A stretch of 64,000 nt of DNA from Octopus vulgaris (taxonomy: Eukaryota). Of this stretch, positions 12,110 to 24,781 are shown one piece after another. The stretch spans positions 87,296,001-87,360,000 of the forward strand of contig OX597824.1 of NCBI GenBank assembly GCA_951406725.2, given 5' to 3'. A program made the position numbers and the translations under genes. The notes under the pieces are model-generated. The model was not told the origin of the DNA, ran no database searches, and saw only the letters and a program-made list of their open reading frames with translations. How positions within the stretch are numbered: the first letter of the stretch is position 1; every line of letters starts with the position of its first letter.

Positions 12110-12540
12110 TTACTCTCTTTTACTCTTTTACTTGTTTCAGTCATTTGATTGTAGCCATGCTGGAGCACTGCCTTTTAGTCAAGCAAATCGACCCCAGGAC
12201 TTATTCTTTGTAAGCCTAGTACTTAGTCTATTGGTCTCTTTTGCCGAACCACTAAGTTTACGGGGACGTAAACACACCAGCATTGGTTGTCAAGCGATGT
12301 TGGGGGGACAAACACAGACACAAAAACACACACACACATATACATATTTGTTTGTCCCCCCAACATCGCTTGACAACCGATGCTGGTGTGTTTACATCTC
12401 CGTCACTTAGCGGTTCGCCAAAAGAGACTGATAGAATAAGTACTAGGCTTACAAAGATTAAGTCCCGGGGTCGATTTATTCGACTAAAGGCTGTGCTCCA
12501 GCATGGCCACAGTCAAATGACTGAAACAAGTAAAAGAGTA
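12110..12540. repeat. Inverted pair of SINE A 3' halves pivoting on the internal CA/TA tract
   Basis: 12110-12335 on minus and 12345-12540 on plus are reverse complements of the same SINE half. Confidence 0.85.
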
Positions 12541-13265
12541 TGTATATTATATGTACATCTATATAGTTATATACACACATACATATATGTGTATGAATAC
12601 ATGTATGTATATGTGTGTGTATATGTATGAATTTATGTATATGTCTATATGTATACACACACACACATACATACACACACACAAATATGCATTTACATAT
12701 TAAAGAATGAGGAACCTTTGTATTGAGGTGAGTCATGACCCAACCTAAATTACAAACACTGAACTATTGGCTATTATTATCAACTGTGAGAAAATTCAAG
12801 CTTAAACCTTACAAACTGAGCTTACATTCTTGGCTATAAATAGAACAGGTACATCAGAATAAGCTTGTCACCATGGTCACTGAACAACAACCTTCAGGTA
12901 ATTTTTTTGTATGCTGACATCAGAAGGAAAGAAGATTTGATGCATTAAGTCTTTTTACGTGAAGACCTGACCTGAAATTTGGGAAATATAACAATGAAAT
13001 TATTGTATGCAGTGCTCAGGTGCAACACAACTTGTTAAAAGTGCATATAAAGCATATGCAGTAATGTACAATTGTCTGGGGAGTGAACCCACATCCCCCA
13101 TAAACATGGCAAGTGTTCTACCATTATACCAAAGCAATCCTCCAAACTTTTGTTTTAGAAACTTTATTCTTATTAGTATATTGTTAAAATCAGAAGAACT
13201 TATAAACTATTGGGAAATGGTAAGGAAGTTTTTAAATGGATAGAGAAATTCAAAAGATTGCTTTG

Positions 13266-13323
<58 letters not shown>

Positions 13324-13556
13324 CCTACGCAAAATACTCTCTATGTAATCCCAAGGTTTAAAACAAACTTTAAAAAAATTTTTTTAATTTTTTTATTTTT
13401 TGTTTTTTTTTTATTTTTATGTATTAGACATTCACCAAAAAAAAAAAAAAAAAAAACCCAAATATATGGCACAGAACTTCCAACCTGTTGTCTCTTGAGG
13501 TCTCTGGGTGAGACTTGGAGCCAACTTGTACAGACATAAAGCAAAAGTCAAACATA

Positions 13557-13557
<1 letters not shown>

Positions 13558-13607
<50 letters not shown>

Positions 13608-14262
13608 TAGTAATAATGAAATTATTGTATACAGTGCTCAGGTGCACCACAACTTATCAAAAGTGCGTATAAAGCATATGCAGTAATGTACAAATGTCTG
13701 GGAAGTGAACAGTGTATGAGTCAGATACATGCTTGCGTGTGTATGGAGAGGAGAAAATCAGGTGTAGTGTTGGCGAATCTCAGGAAGCATGGAAGTTTTG
13801 AAGGATGCAGTGCTCCAACAACTAACAACTGATACCAGCAGTTTGTTCCATACTTCAGCAACTCTTAGCATGATAAAATGTTTCCGAAAGTCATGGGAGC
13901 TGTGCTGTTTTCTGACTTTGTAAACATGTCCACGGGTGTTAGACAGGTGGAGTTTGAAAAGGTGCTCAGAGTTATTGTTAGTAAGATGGTTAATAATTTT
14001 ATGGGTGTCTGCAAAGTCAGCTGCCAGACGTCAGAGTTTCAATGTATCCATGCCCAGGGAGGTAAGGCATTCAGAATATGGCAAATGCCTGATGGAGGGT
14101 ATTCTCTTGGTTGCACGTCGCTGAATGGTTTCCAGACAATTAATATCCTGGGCAAGATAGGGGTTCCAGACTGGTGATGCAAATTCCAGGTGAGGCAGCA
14201 CCATAGGTATATAAAGCCTCAGATAGATAGCTGGAGAGCGGTTCACAAAGGACTTAGTAAAT
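13558..14262 (-). mobile_element. 5'-truncated CR1-like LINE with (ATT)n tail
   Basis: ORF 14031-14270 LYIPMVLPHLEFASPVWNPYLAQDINCLETIQRRATKRIP continues after a stop as TRGHVYKVRKQ...RVAEVWNKL. Confidence 0.92.
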
Positions 14263-14676
14263 GCAAACATTTTTTGAGGTCAAGTTCATTGTGGTTTACA
14301 ATCATTTGAGGTGAACTTTATTCGATCAACTGAAAAGTGACAGAGTAGAACATAAAACTATTTTTAATCTTATTGTGTCTGGGGAGGGTCATTCTCTTTT
14401 TGTGCCTTCGTATTTAACACACTCACTGGTTCGATTCCCACTCATTTGCTTGCTTATTTTTTTGTTCCTTAAATTTTCATTGATTCTTGCAACCTTTTTA
14501 ATGGTCATTGACTCTGACCATTATCAGAGCTGCGTTCTTTTTGTTCGTTTGTTTGTGCACATGTGTGTGCATCAGTCTGCATGTGTATACACATATGTAT
14601 GTATGCATGTATGTATGTATGCATGCATGCATGTATGTATGTATACGTGTGTATGCTTGTATGTGTCTGCGTAGTA

Positions 14677-14718
<42 letters not shown>

Positions 14719-14780
14719 TGTGTGTACATTTGTATGTATGCATATATTCTGCATATTCATGTGTTTGTGTGTGTGTGTTT

Positions 14781-14814
<34 letters not shown>

Positions 14815-15150
14815 TTGAATGTGTATCTCTGTCTCCTTGTGTGTGCATGTTTGAGTGTGTATGTGTGTGTGCTTGTCTGTCCATATTACCTATGTACCTA
14901 TCTATCTCTTTCTCTCTGTCTGTTTACTTACATATCCATTTACCTACCTACCTACCTACTTACATACATGCATACCTTTTTTTTTAAAATTTTTGTTTTT
15001 TTTTAAACTCTGGTACTTAATCTATTGGTTTCTTTCGCTGAACTGCTTAGTCATGGGGATGTAAACAAACAAATCAACACTGGTTGTCAAGCGGTGGTGG
15101 GGAACAAACTCAACACAGACACAAACACACAAATAGATACACACTCACAG

Positions 15151-15183
<33 letters not shown>

Positions 15184-15422
15184 TGTATACTATGGGTCCT
15201 TTTTTTCAGTTTGCGTCTGCTGAATCCCCTCACAAGCCTTTTGTCAGCCAGGGGTTATCGTAGAAGACACTCACCGAAGGTCCAACGACTGCAATGAGCA
15301 AAAGGATAAAAAACAGAAAGGTATTCAGAACTGGGGTCAGAACCAAAATGCTTTTAATCAGCCAGGACTAACTTGAGACTAAGCAACAACAACAACAACA
15401 ACCAACAACAAATACTTTGTGA

Positions 15423-16632
15423 TCAACCCTTTTGGTACCAACCAGCCTGAGACCTCCTGGCTTTGGTGATACAAACATCATGCATTAATCCTTTTGAATT
15501 TAATCCAGCCATAATTAACCAAAATATCTGTTTTTATCTGTTTTATGTCCAAACTTCTTTCTTTGTTTTATTCTTTATTGCCCACAAGGGGCTAAACACA
15601 GAGGGGACAAACAAGGACAGACATAGGTATTAAGTCGATTACATCGACCCCAGTGCGTAACTGGTACTTAATTTATCAACCCTGAAAGGATGAAAGGCAA
15701 AGTCAACCTCGGTGGAATTTGAACTCAGAATGTAGCAGCAGACGAAATACCACTAAGCATTTCACCCGGCGTGCTAACGTTTCTGCCAGGGCCAGATTCA
15801 GCCCCTCACATGTACCTTACAATGTCATTCTAAAAATGAACAATCACATCATTGAAATCTCAAAGCTATGAGATATCATCATCAGGTGCAAAGAGCACCA
15901 TACTAGTGTGATCATTGCCAGAGCGGCTCACCGGCTTCCATGCCAGTGGCACATAAAAGGCACCATTCGAGTGTGATCGTTACCAACATCGCCTTACTTG
16001 TAATTGTGCCCGTGCTAGTAGGGTGCCAAGAGCACCATCTGAGCGTGATCGTTGCCAGAGCAGCCAAATGGCTTCTGTACCCGTAGCATGTACAAGGGCA
16101 CCATTCGAGCGTGATCATTGACAGAGCGGTTAACTGGCTTCCGTGCCAGTGGCACATAAAAGGCACCATTCGAGTGTGATCGTTACCAGCGTCGCCTTAC
16201 TTGTACTTGTGCCCATGCTAGTAGTGAGCTAAGAGCACCATCCGAGTGTCATCGTTGCCAGAGCGGCTAACTGGCTTCCGTGCCGGTGGCACGCAAAAGG
16301 GCACCATTCCAGCGTGATCGTTACCAACGTTGCCTTACTGGCACCTGTGCCGATGGCTTGTGTAAAAAGATTCGAGCGAGGTTCATTGCCAGTATCACCT
16401 GACTGACCTCCGGCATCGGTTGACAATGTGAATAAAGAATCATTTCGTTTGACAGAGGAATCTGAATGCTAAAGAGTTAAAGTGAACTAAACTAAAAGCC
16501 TTTCTTCAAAATTTCCTCTTAACTTATGTTCCAAACACCAGTTTAACAATAATGATTATTTTTACAAAATTCTTCATCATTTTCAAAAAGAACTGAAACA
16601 AAGGCTGTGAAATATGGTAACAAAGGGGTTAA
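15423..16632. mobile_element. Nested TTAA-flanked (piggyBac-like) MITEs carrying two retroposon insertions
   Basis: Outer ends tcaa-cccttttggtacc / ggtaacaaagggg-ttaa. Inner element 15485-16480 ttaa-tccttttgaatt / aatgctaaagag-ttaa. SINE B at 15570-15790 and a family C array at 15880-16415 lie inside. Confidence 0.6.
15890..16410. repeat. Minisatellite of alternating ~57-61-bp units (family C internal repeat)
   Basis: gcaccat..gag.gtgatcgtt.ccag recurs about every 60 bp, about 8 units. Confidence 0.85.
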
Positions 16633-16729
16633 CAAAAGGTTTAGAACTTTATTTTGGCTAAACTTTAATCAATTATTATGCAAAATTTTTTGTTATTTTC
16701 AAAATTAATGAGAACAAAAGCAGTCTATT

Positions 16730-17343
16730 TACTCTTTTACTCTTTTACTTTGACTGCGGCTATGCAGGAGCACCGCGTTTTAGTCGTGCAAATCGACCCC
16801 AGGACTTATTCTTTGTAAGCCTGGTACTTATTCTATTGGTCTCTTTCACCGAACTGCTAAGTTACAAGGACGTAAACGCACCGGTATCAGTTGTCAAGTG
16901 ATGTTGGGAGGACAAACACAGATGCACAAACATACACACACAAACACACACACACATACACGCACACATATACGTATTGCCAGTGCCACCTGACTGGCCC
17001 CGTGCCGGTGGCATGTAAAAGCACCCACTACACTCTCGGAGTGGTTGGTGTTAGGAAGGGCATCCAGCTGTAGAAACCCTGCCAGATCAAGATTGAAGCC
17101 TGGTGCAGCCATCTCGTTCGCCAACCCATGCTAGAATGGAAAGCGGACGTTAAACGATGATGATGATGATGATGATACAACGGGCTTCTTTCAGTTTCCG
17201 TCTATCAAATCCACTCACAAGGCTTTGGTCAGCCCGAGGCTACAGTAAAAGACACTCGCCCAAGGTGCCACACAATGGGACTGAACCCAGAACCATTTGG
17301 TTGGTTAGCGAGCTACTTACCACACAGCCACCCCTACTATGCC
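16730..17343 (-). mobile_element. SINE A interrupted by a family C element (16978-17175)
   Basis: SINE halves lie on each side of an oppositely oriented (GAT)n-tailed insert in the central microsatellite; ctattt flanks both ends. Confidence 0.8.
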
Positions 17344-17543
17344 TATTTCATTAGAAATATGGTAACAAAAGGGTTACCGAAAGGCTTAGGGCTTAATTTA
17401 GCTACACTTAAATCACACATATTGTCCCCTCTTCTTATCACATTCCAAGTTCTATTTTATCTATCTACCAATCAGCCTTGCTCCTCTCATCTAGAAGTCA
17501 ACTGTATTTTCTTTTTCATCTTCTTTTTCTTGGTTTTATACAT

Positions 17544-17577
<34 letters not shown>

Positions 17578-17799
17578 ATATATATATACATATATATTTT
17601 ATATTTCTTACATTTCTTTTTTCTCATTCCTTTTCCCATAATTCCAGTTTACTTTCCACCCCACCCACCCCGCCCCCCCAACCACCCCCCATTTCACCTG
17701 ACTGCCCCCCCCAACCCTCACCCTCTTTCTTACATTCTTATACACTGCCTTTTATTACCGCAATGCCAGGTCAGCATTTTATAATTTATCATTTATTAT

Positions 17800-17869
17800 C
17801 ATGATCATCTTGATCACCACCACCACCACCACCACCACCACCACCACTACTATTACTGTTATTATTATT

Positions 17870-17905
<36 letters not shown>

Positions 17906-18131
17906 GTTGTTGTTGTTGTTCTTCTTCTTCTTCCACTTCTTTCACTTCTTCTTTTTCTTCTTCCTTTTCTTCTTCTTCTTCTATTATTATTATTATTATT
18001 ATTTTTATCATCATCATTATTATTATTATTATTATTTATTATTATTATTATTATCATTATTATTATTATTATTATTATTGTTGTTATTATTATTATTATT
18101 ATTATTATTGTTGTTATTATTATTATTACTG

Positions 18132-18169
<38 letters not shown>

Positions 18170-18284
18170 ATTATTATTATTATCATTATTATTATCATTA
18201 TTATTATTATTATAATAATTATTATTATTTTTATTATTATTATCATCATCATCATCATCATCATTCTTGTTGTTGTTGTTCTTC

Positions 18285-18325
<41 letters not shown>

Positions 18326-18340
18326 GTTATTATTTTATTA

Positions 18341-18386
<46 letters not shown>

Positions 18387-18411
18387 GTTATCATTATTGT
18401 TATTATTATTA

Positions 18412-18442
<31 letters not shown>

Positions 18443-19110
18443 CATTATTGTTATTGTTATTGTTATTATTATTGTTATTCCTTTGCTAAACTGTCCCATA
18501 TAAATGACATTTAATAGGCTAATGACACCTAATAAGTCTTCTCACTCTATTAGTGTGTCGTTAGCTTCTTTTAGTGTTAAGCATAATAAACTGTAGATGG
18601 CCCTTAACAGGGACATCTAGCTTCTGCACCAACTATCTATTTTTTTTTTCATTATCTTTTGATAACTGTATTTTCATCTCTCCAATTCTTCAATCTTCTT
18701 CTTCTTCTTCTTCTTCTTCTTCTTCTTCTTCTTCTTCTTCTTCTTCTTCTTTTTCTTCTTCTTCTTCTTCTTCTTCTTCTTCTTCTTCTTCTTCAATCTT
18801 CTTCTTTTTTGCCTCCTTCTCCTCCTCCTCCTTTTTCTTCTTCTTCTTCTTCTTCTTCTTCAATTCTTCTTCTTCTTCTTCTTCTTCTTTTTCTTCTTCT
18901 TCTTCTTTTTCTTCTTCAATCTTCCTCTCCTTCTTCTTCTTCTTCTTCTTCTTCTTCTTTGCCTCCTTCTCCTTCTCCTCCTCCTCCTCCTTTTTCTTCT
19001 TCTTCTTCTTCTTCTTCTTCTTCTTCTTTGTCTTCATCATCATTATCATCATCATCACTCTCATCGCCATCTTCATCTTCTTTGTCGTCGTAGTGGTGGT
19101 CGTGGTTGTC
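17800..19110. repeat. Long compound trinucleotide microsatellites (CAC, CAT, TAT, TCT)
   Basis: Directly visible at 17800-18480 and 18690-19110. Confidence 0.95.
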
Positions 19111-19645
19111 ATGCCCCCCCCCCTCCGCGGCATGTCCCCCACCCTCCATCACCACCCCTCATTCTGTCGGTTCCTCTTCCCCTTTCCCCACTTCCTCTGG
19201 CTAGCCGTGGGAGTGGAAGTAACCCAATCTAAACAGACAGATCGCATGTAACCAGCGCCTTGCCAGTGAAACCATCCTGTGATAGAGAGGTATGCTCTTG
19301 CTTTTACAGAATGAAAATCGGGTTAGAATTAGGGTTACTGGTTGAGAGAAAGAGAGAGAGAAGAAGAAGAGAGAGAGAGAAGGAGGGAGACAAAAAGACA
19401 GAGAGAGAGAGAGGGGGAAGAAAGAGAGAGTGATACAGAGGCACAGAAACAGCCGGACTGAAACCCAAGAATGAAAAGAAATGGGAGAAAGAGAGAGGGT
19501 ATGGAATCAGAGAGGCTGCCTAGTTTGCAATGACATTTGTTGGTGTAGCCTGCTTGGAACATTTCATTTTATGGGTAGCCCCACTTTGAAGTAAACAAAT
19601 CCGTAACACTTTTTATTAGAGTTGGTATTATAGTGTTAACTAATA

Positions 19646-20735
19646 CATGGTCTGATCAATAAGTATCCGGATTGCTGCCGTAGTTATGAAACTAAAGCAT
19701 GTAGAATGAAGCCGCTTTGCACAGGTGGACCTTGAACTCTGCTGTGCACGCACATGAAGTTTTGACATTCTAGCTCTAGGAAGGTGTGTGTATTTTTTTT
19801 GTTCCTTCTCGAGCCATGCCCGACTCATAAGGACTGGTTTCCCGGTTTCCTTGGCGTATAGGTTCCCCACCTGGACGGGACGCCAGTCCATCGCAGGTGA
19901 GCTGCAAGATGCAGAAGGAAAGAATAAGAGAAAGTTGTAGCGAAAGAGTCAGCAGAATCTCGCCATTACCTTCTGCTGGAGCCATGTGGAGCTTATGTGT
20001 TTCGCTCATAAACACACACATCGCCTGGTCTGAGATTTGAACCTGTGATCCCTCGACTGCAAGTCTGCTGCTCTAACCACTAGGTCATGTACCTCCACAA
20101 AGAAGAAAGTTAAACAGAAAATCAGGCATCAAATTTTGCCAAAAACTTGGTTATATCTGCTCAGAGGCCTATGCAAAGTTTTCAAAAAATTTCCATCATT
20201 TTCAACTCAATCAAGGAGATCTTGTAAAACTGAAACTGGAGTGTCTTTGTGGTCAGCTGAAAGCAGTTTTGGCACAAACTTGGCAGACACACGTCTCATA
20301 TCCAAATCTTCAGTGATAATGGACTGAACTGAACCATAACTAATCTGCACATCCTCTGATAACACACAGATGGTGATTCAATGATTTCTCCTCACACATG
20401 CATGCATATCTGCAATGTTTTTCTCAGTTCTGCTGGTTGCAGGTCTCTCAGAATGTTCATCAACATCGCCATTTTTTCAGCCATCTTGGAAACGTCTGAA
20501 CCACTCATACCCTTGTGTACAGCTCATACACTCTCCTTCATACATTTTCTGCAACTTTGCACAGGCCTCTGATCACAAACTACACACCTTCCTTCCAAGC
20601 ACTGCTGTAAACAGCAGAAGAGAACTAGGATGTTAAAACTTAGTGCACATGCACAGCAGAGGTCAAGAGCTTTACTCTGCATGCTTTAGGTTCGTTACTA
20701 TGGCAACAGTCCGGATACTTATTGATCAGACTTCG
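19646..20735. mobile_element. Tc1/mariner derivative made of two inverted left ends, with a SINE D insertion (19795-20098)
   Basis: TA-catggtctgatcaataagtatccgga / tccggatacttattgatcagacttcg-TA. The plus strand encodes IKFCQKLG (~20128); the minus strand encodes YEWFRRFQDG...RPATSRT...LDMRRVSAKFVPKLLS. Confidence 0.8.
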
Positions 20736-21007
20736 TATATTTCATGTTGGAACATTAAAAAAAAATCTATCTAATAATAATTACGTTGTGAGGGAAAAGA
20801 AAATGATATTATAGTCAATGGGTTAAATATTGGTTTCAAATTTTGGCATAAGCCCAGCGATTTTGAGAGCAGGTTAAGTGGATTACATCAACCCTAGTGC
20901 GTAACTGGTACTTAATTTATCAACCCTGAAAGGATGAAAGGTAAAGTCAACCATGGCAGAATTTGAATTCAGAATATAAAGGCAGATGAAATGCTAGTGG
21001 CTGCATA

Positions 21008-21372
21008 GGTGCAGGAGTGGCTGTGTGGTAAGTAGCTTGCTTACCAACCACATGGTTCTGGGTTCAGTCCCAAAGCCTTGTGAGTGGATTTGGTAACTGA
21101 GTGGATGGAAACTGAAAGAAGCCTGTCGTATATATGTATATATATGTATATATATATGTGTGTATGTGTGTTTGTGTGTCTGTGTTTGTCCCCCCAACAT
21201 CGCTTGACAACCGATGCTGGTGTGTTTAAGCCCCTGTAACTTAGCGGTTTGGCAAAAGAGACCAATAGAATAAGTACTAGGTTTACAAAGAATAAGTCCT
21301 GGTGTCGATTTGCTCGACTAAAGGCGGTGCTCCAGCATGGCCACAATCAAATGACTGAAACAAGTAAAAGAG
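21008..21372 (+). mobile_element. SINE family A
   Basis: Head and tail match; internal deletion. Confidence 0.85.
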
Positions 21373-21435
<63 letters not shown>

Positions 21436-21460
21436 ATTTCTGCACATATGTACATGTGTG

Positions 21461-21840
21461 TGGAGGTGCAATGGCCCATGGTTAGGGCAGCGGACTCGCA
21501 GTCATAGGATCGCGGTTTCGATTCCCAGACCGGGCGTTGTGAGTGTTTATTGAGCGAAAACATCTAAAAGCTTCACGAGGCTCCGGCAGGGGGGTGGTGA
21601 TCCCTGCAGTACTTTTTCACCACAACTTTCTCTCACTCTTACTTCCTGTTTCTGTTGTACCTGTATTTCAAAGGGCCGGCCTTGTCACTCTCTGTGTCAC
21701 GCTGAATATCCCCGAGAACTACGTTAAGGGTACACGTGTCTGTGGAGTGCTCAGCCACTTACACGTTAATTTCACGAGCAGGCTGTTCCGTTGATTCGGA
21801 TCAACCGGAACCCTCGTCGTCGTAACCGACGGAGTGCTTC
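21461..21840 (+). mobile_element. tRNA-derived SINE (family D-related head, different body)
   Basis: A box tggcccatggttag, B box gtttcgattcc. Confidence 0.7.
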
Positions 21841-22180
21841 CATATTCCATGTACACGTGTGTGTTCGCCTCCAGTGCCAAATACTCTGTCACCAAAACAG
21901 CTTGAATCTCCATTCATCCATGCTAAATTGTCAGCACTCATTCAGTCACACACAGTCACATCATTTCAAAATAAGATCAGATCCCTAATCTTATGTTGGA
22001 CCATGGTCTGAGACGGACCCTGATCCTATATGTTTAAAATATGAGTTACTACACTCTTGGAGTGGTTGGTGTTAGGAAGGGCATCCAGCTGTAGAAACTC
22101 TGCCAGATCAGATTGGAGTCTGGTTCACCAGACCTCAGTCAAATCGTCCAACCCATGCTAGCATGGAATGCAGACGTTAA

Positions 22181-22212
<32 letters not shown>

Positions 22213-22269
22213 AACTGTGATAATCATTTAAATTTTCTGGAATGTGAATATTATCTTATATTTTTGTAT

Positions 22270-22745
22270 TATGTTGTCAGATAAATTTGTTTCGTTTTTG
22301 CTTTGGTTTTCTTTTTCTATTTATTTTAATTTTTTCAACCCTTTTGTTAAAATACACTGCCTTTTTTTTCAGTTAATTTTGAAAAAAAAATTAAGAAGAT
22401 TGTAAAATAGCAATGTCATAATTAAGCTAAAATATAGAATGTAAATTGATAAGAAATTTTGGTGAATGGTTTTAATCTAAATCTCTTTAAAACAGGAAGT
22501 TTATGTTATAGAACCAAGGGCAGCCTCAAGAAGTTTGGTACCAAAGGAACTAATCATTCATTATATGTCTGAAAAAGATTAAGATTTATTCAAATTTGAA
22601 AAACACTAAACAAAAGCTGTAGAAGAAGATCAGAGCTACAAAATAACTCCTGCAAAACACTATGATAAAAATATTTATTGTGTTTATTCAAATTGTATTT
22701 ATTCAAATAACATTGGAGAGAAACAAATTTATCTGACAACCCAAA
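22270..22745. mobile_element. Decayed mariner-type MITE
   Basis: Inverted repeats gttgtcagataaatttgtttc / gaaacaaatttatctgacaac. Confidence 0.5.
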
Positions 22746-22817
22746 ATTTAGCACTACATTTTGATTGTTCTGGCCTTTGTCTATCTTCAGAAACCTTAGT
22801 CTGACAAATATATTTCT

Positions 22818-23213
22818 GGAGTAAAGATTGTTTGCCAACATAACATGGCAGTCCTGGTTTAGGACGAATGTTGCTGTAATTTAGCCCCAGGAGACATCAT
22901 CTCCAGCTGGCTATACGACATGATCTGTGTCCTTATATTTTCGAACAAGGGAATCTAGCATTGTTATAATTAAGCTGAAATATAGAACGTAAATTAATAA
23001 GAAATTTTGGTGAAAGGTTTTAATTTAAATCTCTTTAAAACTGGGAGTTTATGTTATAGAACCAAGGGCAGCCTCATGAAGTTTGGTATCAAGGGAACTA
23101 ACCATTATATGTCTGAAAAAGGTTAAGATTTATTCAAATTTCAAAAATAACATAGACAGATAGACAGACAGACATATAGATAGACAGATAGACAGATAGA
23201 TAGACAGACAGAC

Positions 23214-23268
<55 letters not shown>

Positions 23269-23385
23269 AGCACGCAGCTCGTGTCGTACAGCCAGCTGGA
23301 GATGATGTTTCCTGGGGCTAAATTACAGCAACATTCATCCTAAACCAGGACTGCCATGTTATGTTGGCAAACAATCTTTACTCCA
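22818..23385. repeat. Inverted repeat pair (~105 bp) enclosing a duplicated segment and (GATA)n
   Basis: 22818-22921 is the reverse complement of 23282-23385; 22956-23143 duplicates 22408-22600. Confidence 0.8.
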
Positions 23386-23692
23386 AAGTACTGTTGCTGA
23401 ATATCTCACGTTGTGAGATTTACAAATAGTAATTTTCAAATATATTTCTATATAGTGAATTTGAACTCAAAACCTTTCTTTCTATGGACTTCTGTTCAGA
23501 ATGGAAAAAAATTCACAAAGACCCTTCTCCATCTGGATATATATGTATAAGTCTGTTTTAACCCTTTAGCATATAAACTGGCCAAATCCAGCTCAAATAT
23601 TCTCTCTGCTTTATGTTCAGACTGGCTAGATCTGACCTTTCACACCTACCTTACAATGTCATTCTAAAAATAAAGAAACACATCATTGAAAT

Positions 23693-23975
23693 TGTGGGAT
23701 GATATCAGCAGCTGGGGAGCTGACCGGAACTTGGGGCTGACCGGAAGATGAAGGGGCAGGAGTGACACGCATGCAGGCAGGGGAGCATTGGGCCTTTTCG
23801 ATCAGGGTAGCCAACAGAGTTGGACATGTGAGCGCTTTGTCAAGGCAGGGGAAAAGCAGCTGTTATTTCTAGCATTCGGGTCAGGCCATGTGGAAGGGTG
23901 CATTACTACTAGAGAGGTCTGCGTCGACGAAGAGAAGGTAGGTGTCCTTATTTCAAATCTCCCGCATACACCACA
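23693..23975. mobile_element. Solo LTR, 283 bp, with 5-bp target-site duplication
   Basis: GAAAT-TGTGG...CCACA-GAAAT. The host MITE paralog near 15850 has the empty site cattgaaatctcaaag. Confidence 0.85.
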
Positions 23976-24161
23976 GAAATCTCAAAGCTTTGAGATAATG
24001 CATCATGAATTCAAAAGAATCTGAATAAATAAGCAATGCATTTGACAGAGATTTATTACTGTTTGTTTACACTTTTTCGAGATCAGTGATGAAAAGTCAC
24101 TGGGAAAAGGATATACATATTTGCATTGGGACCCCTTCGCATCGAAGACCAGTGATTGTCG

Positions 24162-24202
24162 TGCGCTGATGACAGGTAAATACTCAGAAACCTGGGTCCG
24201 TG
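24162..24202 (+). ncRNA. Decayed type I hammerhead motif
   Basis: TGCG-CTGATGA-CAGGTAAATACTCA-GAAA-CCTGGG-TC-CGTG; stem II is restored if two CA are read as former CG. Confidence 0.45.
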
Positions 24203-24781
24203 TGTATCACGTCAGGTCAACAATGGGAAGGATGACTTCCCTTTGCAAATACAGATAGGGCACAGAAAGTGTGTCAAAAGCCAGCTGGAGATGTTCTTCT
24301 GGGGCTACAAGCTACAGTAACATCCACCCTTAGTGGTTAGCCACATTTAGATGGCAAATATACTTCACAATGTCGTGTAGTTACTGTTTATACCTCGTCC
24401 AGAGATTTATAATTACATTTGACAGAATAATTTGAATAAATATTTTCTAAGTTTTTTGGGGTTGCAGGATGATAGATTTACCTACAAGTGTTATTTGAAG
24501 AGGCATAAATATTTCCAAGTGGACTTACTCTTAAAACAATGGCTTGTTCAAGTTTAAAGTTTCCTTATAAGTGTTACTAGAAGAGCAGGGACTTTTCCAA
24601 GTAGACTTGCTCTAAATAGAATCTCAAAATTCTGTTAGTTTCCTTCAGTAACACTAGTAGGGAAACTTTAAACCCAAACAAGGAAGCATAATTGAAGAAT
24701 ATTAGGAGGGGAAAAAACAACAGCAAAACAAAACAAAATAAAATATCAAAAAATATTTTTAAAAGAAATCAAAAATATATA

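Noticed and set aside
15890-16410. Regularly spaced repeats resembling a CRISPR array
   Set aside because: The intervening sequences are themselves repeated, there are no cas genes, and the context is a eukaryotic retroposon.
19320-19337. TTAGGG-like telomeric motif
   Set aside because: Only one exact unit, no array.
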